A stretch of 49,392 nt of DNA from a virus (taxonomy: Duplodnaviria > Caudoviricetes): IMG/VR virus record IMGVR_UViG_3300033512_000183, positions 1-49,392 of that record. One strand, 5' to 3'. The translations under genes and the position numbers were made by a program. The notes beneath the pieces were generated by a model. It was given only the letters and a program-made list of their open reading frames with translations. It was not told where the DNA came from and made no database searches. Within the stretch, counting starts at the first letter, position 1, and the number at the start of each line of letters is the position of its first letter. Positions 44,758 to 49,392 of this stretch are shown in pieces.

Positions 44758-47700
44758 ATGTCTAAATCATCTATAGCAAATGTTTATGATAATAGTGTTG
44801 TAAGAAAGGGAGGGCAATCTGGTGGTACAACTATTATCGGCGGTTCTACAAACAGTGAGCAAATTTCTTTAATAAATAATGCTGTTGACTTGAATCAAGT
44901 TAATCTTCGTGGTGATGGCGTTCTTGACACAAACACCCCAAACTATGAAACATTACTTGTTGGTGATAACGATTTTCCTAACAAAAAATATGTTGATACA
45001 GCCGACGATTCAAGCAAGTTAGCTCTTATTGAACATGCAGGTACTGGATTAAACTTTGGTGGAGAACTTGCTCAAACAGGAATGCTTGAATATTCAGTAG
45101 GTAGAGGTTCAGGTTACATATCAAACAATGTTAATTCTCGTGTACGTGTAGAATGGGATGATATGTTTGGTCTTGTTCCTATTGGGGATGGCATTAACTT
45201 TATACGTATAAATGATCAGAGTGAATTAGATGTTACTCTTGACGCTAATTATGATGTTGATGCTTATGTAGAACTTGGTTATATTTATTCAGCAGGTGGA
45301 AATGCTTTTATTCTTGAAGTTCTTAATACGCCAAAGTATAATAGTAAAATTACTTCACGAGTAAACAACTGGGCTAACTTAGGTATTAAAGCAATTATTG
45401 AAGAAGGTTGTGGTGTTTCTGAACAAGCTTCTCCTAATTATTTGAAACTATCTATTGCTGCTGGTACATATCATGCCAATCTTGATAGAAAATCATTTGG
45501 TTCCACAGAAACTTTTGTTAAGATGTTTAACACAACTGATATGAGTTGGATATGGAATCCTACTCCTGAAACATTAAATACGCTTGATCCTTATCTTTGG
45601 AATAATACTTCTAATCCTTCATCAACTGCTTTAGTTCTTATGACTGATAACTATTGGAAAACAGATGTTGTTTTTCGTTCACCTTCAGGTAATGTTTATT
45701 TGCTTTATGGACAAGCTGAGTATGCAACAAAAGAATTAGCTGAGAAAGCACCTCTTGCAACTACACCTGCATCACTTACCAATGTCGCTATTTTCTTAGC
45801 TAAAATAACTGTACAAAAACAATCTACTTCTTGTGCAGAGGGTATTGTCGATATTAGACCATATCTTCCTCGTGTGTTCGGTTTTGGTTCAGCCTCTGCT
45901 GGAGCAGTTCAATTACATAGTGCTCTTGCAGGACTAAGCGCAGACGACCATGCTGCCGTGTATTTTAATGAAGTTCGTGGTGACTTGCGTTATGCTAAGT
46001 TAGCTAATGGAGTTACTAACGGAGATTTTCATGATCATTCAAACGGTGACGGCGCACAAATTGACTATAACACTCTTGCAAACTTACCTTCATTAGGAAC
46101 GGCTGCCGCTAAAGATGCACCAGTTACAGGTAACGCTGGTGCAACTGAAGTTGTTCTTGGTGATGACTCTCGCTTAATAAATGATAGATATCCAACTTCA
46201 CACGGTAACTCTGCTCACTCAGAAACATATATTACACAAGTTGATGCTGTTATTCCTAATGGGGCAATTGCAGGTGCAACCAATACAAAAATTACTTATG
46301 ATGAAAAAGGTTTGATTACTGCTGGTGAGGCTGCAACAACTGCTGATATAAGTGACTCTACAAATAAACGATATGTTACTGATGCTAATCTTGTTGTTTT
46401 GAGCAACACTTCAAATACAAATACTGGTGATAATGTTTTAGGTGATCTAACAACTACTGGAACTAATCTTTCAATTGGTAATGGTACTGATGCTGTTATA
46501 GGCACAGGAACTACAATTGATTTATCAGCTACTCCTGAAGTTACTGAAATAAATATTACCTCATTACCTGCTGATATTATACTAGGTAATACAGCAAAAG
46601 CTCTTTCTGACTACGCTTATAAATCGTGGAACTTTAATAAGAATGTTTATGCTAAAACTAAAGATCCTACTGGTATGGCTAACCCTGAATTGGTTGTTGT
46701 TACCTATGATGAGAATGCTCGAACAATAACTTTAACTGGTACTGTTGAAGCGTATTGGAGAGGAAAGCTCTTAACAAATATTATTTCAGGTTGGATTTCT
46801 GATCCGCATGATGAAGCTGATGGTTATTTTTATCTAAAGTGGGACGGCTCAGCTTTTGTTTGGTCTACTGATTCATGGACTTTTGACGAGCTCCAGATTG
46901 CTGCTGTTCATTATAGAGTGTCTGGTGAAAATTTTGCCATGCGTGAAACTCACGGATTGATGCCGTGGACTACTCACAAGATGCTTCATAATGTTATTGG
47001 CACATATATGCAATCAGGTGGCGATTTATCTGGTATTGTTTTGAATAGCACAACTGCTGTAGAACGTAGACCAACAATAACAGAATGTGTTTTGATTGAT
47101 GAAGATTTACAAACTACTCTTCCTGAACTTTCTTCTCATCTATATACACATATATACTTAGAAGGTGCTTCAGCAATAGTACACTATGATATTTCTAATG
47201 CTGAAATTGTAGATGTACTTGTTAATAATCCTTACTACAATGAATATACAGGTTCTGAGTGGAAGAAGACACTCATGCCAGCAAATACGTATCAAGCTGT
47301 ATGGCTAATAGGAGTTCCTGTTACGTCTGATGCAGTAAGTCAACAGTACGGTTTTATTTGGGCTATGGGTCAAAGCGTAAGTGACTCTTATACACAAATA
47401 AATGCGGTACAACCAAGTAGCGTAAATATTGGCAATGTTGTTCAAGCTGCTGAATATGTTATTCTTCAAAAAGCAATCATATTTTATGATGGTGTGGATT
47501 GGTCAATAACGTCACATACAAAACTTTATGGTGGAAAGGTTCAGCAAATACAACTTTCAAATCTTGGTGCTTATCTTTCTATGGTTGATTGTGATGATGT
47601 TACAATAGAAGGTGATGGTACAATTTTTGATCCTATCAATGTTGTTGATGGTATATTCACTCGTAATGCTGGTCACGCAAGTGGTCAAGTTGTTAATGGT

Positions 47701-49392
47701 GGTTTATTAACTTCAGAAACTTTATCTCTTCGTAATAATATAACTGATGCTCAAGGTATTACTATTGAAGCTGACGGAACTCTTTCTACAAATGTAACTA
47801 CGTATGAAAGTTTAGTTACTTCTGATAACGACTTCCCTAATAAGAAATATGTCAATGATCAGGATAACCTACTTGTTAATCTTGCTGGTAGAAGTGGTGG
47901 ACAAACTATTGACGGCGGTATTCTTACAGGACAAACTTTACAACTTATAAATAACTCAGTTGATAATCAAGGATTTACTATTGGTACATCTGGAGTTTTA
48001 ACAACTAACGTAGCCAATTATGAACATCTTGTAACTTCATCAGGTTGTATAGTTAATAAAGGATACGTTGACGAAACTGTTTATGTTCCTTTACAACAGA
48101 ACATAGAAATGCATGGAACGGGGTTAGTTTCTGGTGGTACTATTCACATCACAAATCCTTATGGAGTAATATCATATACTATTGATCCAGGCATTGGTTA
48201 TATATCGAACAACGTTACTGAAATAAAACGTATTGTCTGGGATGAACTCACTACAGGTTGCATTACTCTTGGTGATGGAGTCAATTACATAAGAATAAAC
48301 AATTTAGGTCAACTTGATATTACTCTCGACGGTACATATAATATCGATGATTATATTGAACTTGGTTATTTATTCGTTGGTGGAGCAAACACTCTTCTAA
48401 TTGAAACAGTACAAACTCCTAAGTATGTTTCTCGTTTTCCTAATCGAGTTTCATCTTGGGCAAGTTATGGTGTTCGTGCGCTTGTTCAAGAAGGTACAGG
48501 CGTCACTGAAGGTTTAACTCCTTTAACATTAAGTATTGCTCGTGGTGTTCTTCATGTAAACTTGGGTATATATGCTCTTGAACCTACTACTACTTTCTTA
48601 AAAATGTTTAATACTGCTGACATGGGGTGGATATGGAATACCGATGTTCCTACTCTTAATAAGGTTGATCCATATTTGATAAATGACCAATCACAACCCG
48701 CCGTATCTGCTCTTAAAGTAATGACAGATACATACTGGAAAAAAGATATTGTGTTTAGGACACCTTCTACTGGTAATTGCTATTTAATTTATGGTCAAGC
48801 AGAATATGCAACTCAATTAGAAGCAGATGCTGCACCACTGCCAACTGTACCAGATTCTCTTTCAAATGTTGCAGTATATCTTTGCTCAATCGTAGCACAA
48901 AAAGAAAGCACGACTATAGGTGCAGGGATAAGTGATATACGACCTTATCTACCAAGAGTATTTGGTTTTGGTTCTTCAAGTTCAGGAACTACTACACTGC
49001 ATGGTGATTTATCAGGTCTGGGAAATGACGACCATGTTCAATATTTTAATGAAACAAGAGGTGATCTACGATATGCAAAACTGGCTAATGGAGTCACTAA
49101 TGGAGATGCTCACGATCATAGTGGTGGTGATGGTGCTACTATATCTTATAACAATCTAAGCGATAAACCTTTTATTCCTACTCCTGTAGTAGATGCTAAA
49201 TATGTTTTGAATGAAGCGTATACTGGATTAGATAGTGCTCAATCTCTTGGAGCTTTGACTACGGGTATTGTTAAAAATACTGTATCGGGAACTGTTGGTA
49301 CTTTATCAATAGCTCAAGGTGATACAGATTATCTTGTACCAAATGTTGCAATCACTCCAGCTACTGGAACTAAAATAACTGCTGATGCTCAA
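44758..49392 (+). CDS. Very large tail-fibre-like protein, 3' truncated (>1540 aa; absent from ORF track because no stop in window)
   Basis: RBS GAGGA, ATG 44758 (MSKSSIANVYDNSVVRKGGQSGG...); NKKYVD, DDH and HDHS motifs; large internal duplication. Confidence 0.8.
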   Translation, partial: MSKSSIANVYDNSVVRKGGQSGGTTIIGGSTNSEQISLINNAVDLNQVNLRGDGVLDTNTPNYETLLVGDNDFPNKKYVDTADDSSKLALIEHAGTGLNFGGELAQTGMLEYSVGRGSGYISNNVNSRVRVEWDDMFGLVPIGDGINFIRINDQSELDVTLDANYDVDAYVELGYIYSAGGNAFILEVLNTPKYNSKITSRVNNWANLGIKAIIEEGCGVSEQASPNYLKLSIAAGTYHANLDRKSFGSTETFVKMFNTTDMSWIWNPTPETLNTLDPYLWNNTSNPSSTALVLMTDNYWKTDVVFRSPSGNVYLLYGQAEYATKELAEKAPLATTPASLTNVAIFLAKITVQKQSTSCAEGIVDIRPYLPRVFGFGSASAGAVQLHSALAGLSADDHAAVYFNEVRGDLRYAKLANGVTNGDFHDHSNGDGAQIDYNTLANLPSLGTAAAKDAPVTGNAGATEVVLGDDSRLINDRYPTSHGNSAHSETYITQVDAVIPNGAIAGATNTKITYDEKGLITAGEAATTADISDSTNKRYVTDANLVVLSNTSNTNTGDNVLGDLTTTGTNLSIGNGTDAVIGTGTTIDLSATPEVTEINITSLPADIILGNTAKALSDYAYKSWNFNKNVYAKTKDPTGMANPELVVVTYDENARTITLTGTVEAYWRGKLLTNIISGWISDPHDEADGYFYLKWDGSAFVWSTDSWTFDELQIAAVHYRVSGENFAMRETHGLMPWTTHKMLHNVIGTYMQSGGDLSGIVLNSTTAVERRPTITECVLIDEDLQTTLPELSSHLYTHIYLEGASAIVHYDISNAEIVDVLVNNPYYNEYTGSEWKKTLMPANTYQAVWLIGVPVTSDAVSQQYGFIWAMGQSVSDSYTQINAVQPSSVNIGNVVQAAEYVILQKAIIFYDGVDWSITSHTKLYGGKVQQIQLSNLGAYLSMVDCDDVTIEGDGTIFDPINVVDGIFTRNAGHASGQVVNGGLLTSETLSLRNNITDAQGITIEADGTLSTNVTTYESLVTSDNDFPNKKYVNDQDNLLVNLAGRSGGQTIDGGILTGQTLQLINNSVDNQGFTIGTSGVLTTNVANYEHLVTSSGCIVNKGYVDETVYVPLQQNIEMHGTGLVSGGTIHITNPYGVISYTIDPGIGYISNNVTEIKRIVWDELTTGCITLGDGVNYIRINNLGQLDITLDGTYNIDDYIELGYLFVGGANTLLIETVQTPKYVSRFPNRVSSWASYGVRALVQEGTGVTEGLTPLTLSIARGVLHVNLGIYALEPTTTFLKMFNTADMGWIWNTDVPTLNKVDPYLINDQSQPAVSALKVMTDTYWKKDIVFRTPSTGNCYLIYGQAEYATQLEADAAPLPTVPDSLSNVAVYLCSIVAQKESTTIGAGISDIRPYLPRVFGFGSSSSGTTTLHGDLSGLGNDDHVQYFNETRGDLRYAKLANGVTNGDAHDHSGGDGATISYNNLSDKPFIPTPVVDAKYVLNEAYTGLDSAQSLGALTTGIVKNTVSGTVGTLSIAQGDTDYLVPNVAITPATGTKITADAQ

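Noticed and set aside
562-46505. All minus-strand ORFs in the track
   Set aside because: Each lies antisense to well-supported + strand genes and shows no recognisable motifs; they look like shadows of biased codon usage.
48932-49159. 75-aa + strand ORF
   Set aside because: Out-of-frame shadow within the long 44758 fibre gene.
44800-49170. Diversity-generating retroelement TR/VR pair
   Set aside because: The duplication is long, in-frame and diverged at all base types, not adenine-specific; no reverse transcriptase in the window.
1-49392. Stop-codon reassignment
   Set aside because: Conserved genes are full length in code 11, and TAA, TAG and TGA all end genes at sensible boundaries.

Overview
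AT-rich (roughly 30% GC by eye) segment of a large lytic tailed phage with T4-like head morphogenesis genes. All credible genes are on the + strand and read in genetic code 11. In order: a 7-deazaguanine module (AAA/kinase-like fragment, queF, queC split by a 392-aa LAGLIDADG intein); two sigma-factor-like genes and a Mor-like regulator; replication/recombination genes (5'-3' exonuclease, DnaB-like helicase, RuvC-like resolvase, DnaX-like clamp loader, Mre11/SbcD-like nuclease); three paralogous free-standing GIY-YIG/NUMOD3 endonucleases; Hsp20; a block of small putative internal head proteins plus a 1235-aa protein with a C-terminal PARP-like ADP-ribosyltransferase domain; a fused prohead protease-scaffold; the major capsid protein; a TnpB-only IS200/IS605 element; the terminase large subunit; membrane proteins; and tail-fibre-like genes, the last running off the window. 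Best leads: (1) a family of capsid-targeting-like peptides (MKRYNPxKYMKE, RYxSxFxE, EYKF) on about 10 otherwise unrelated proteins, one variant shared with the scaffold C-terminus, suggesting a packaged-cargo system; (2) a repeated TACTAATATA promoter-like motif, including copies that define a nested scaffold gene and that sit inside an RBS-sequestering hairpin before terL; (3) a ~70-nt structured RNA whose two loops are complementary to the leader and RBS of the adjacent GIY-YIG gene; (4) an abrupt codon-usage change at the 3' end of the capsid gene next to a homing endonuclease. All calls come from reading motifs by eye; no database search or folding program was run.
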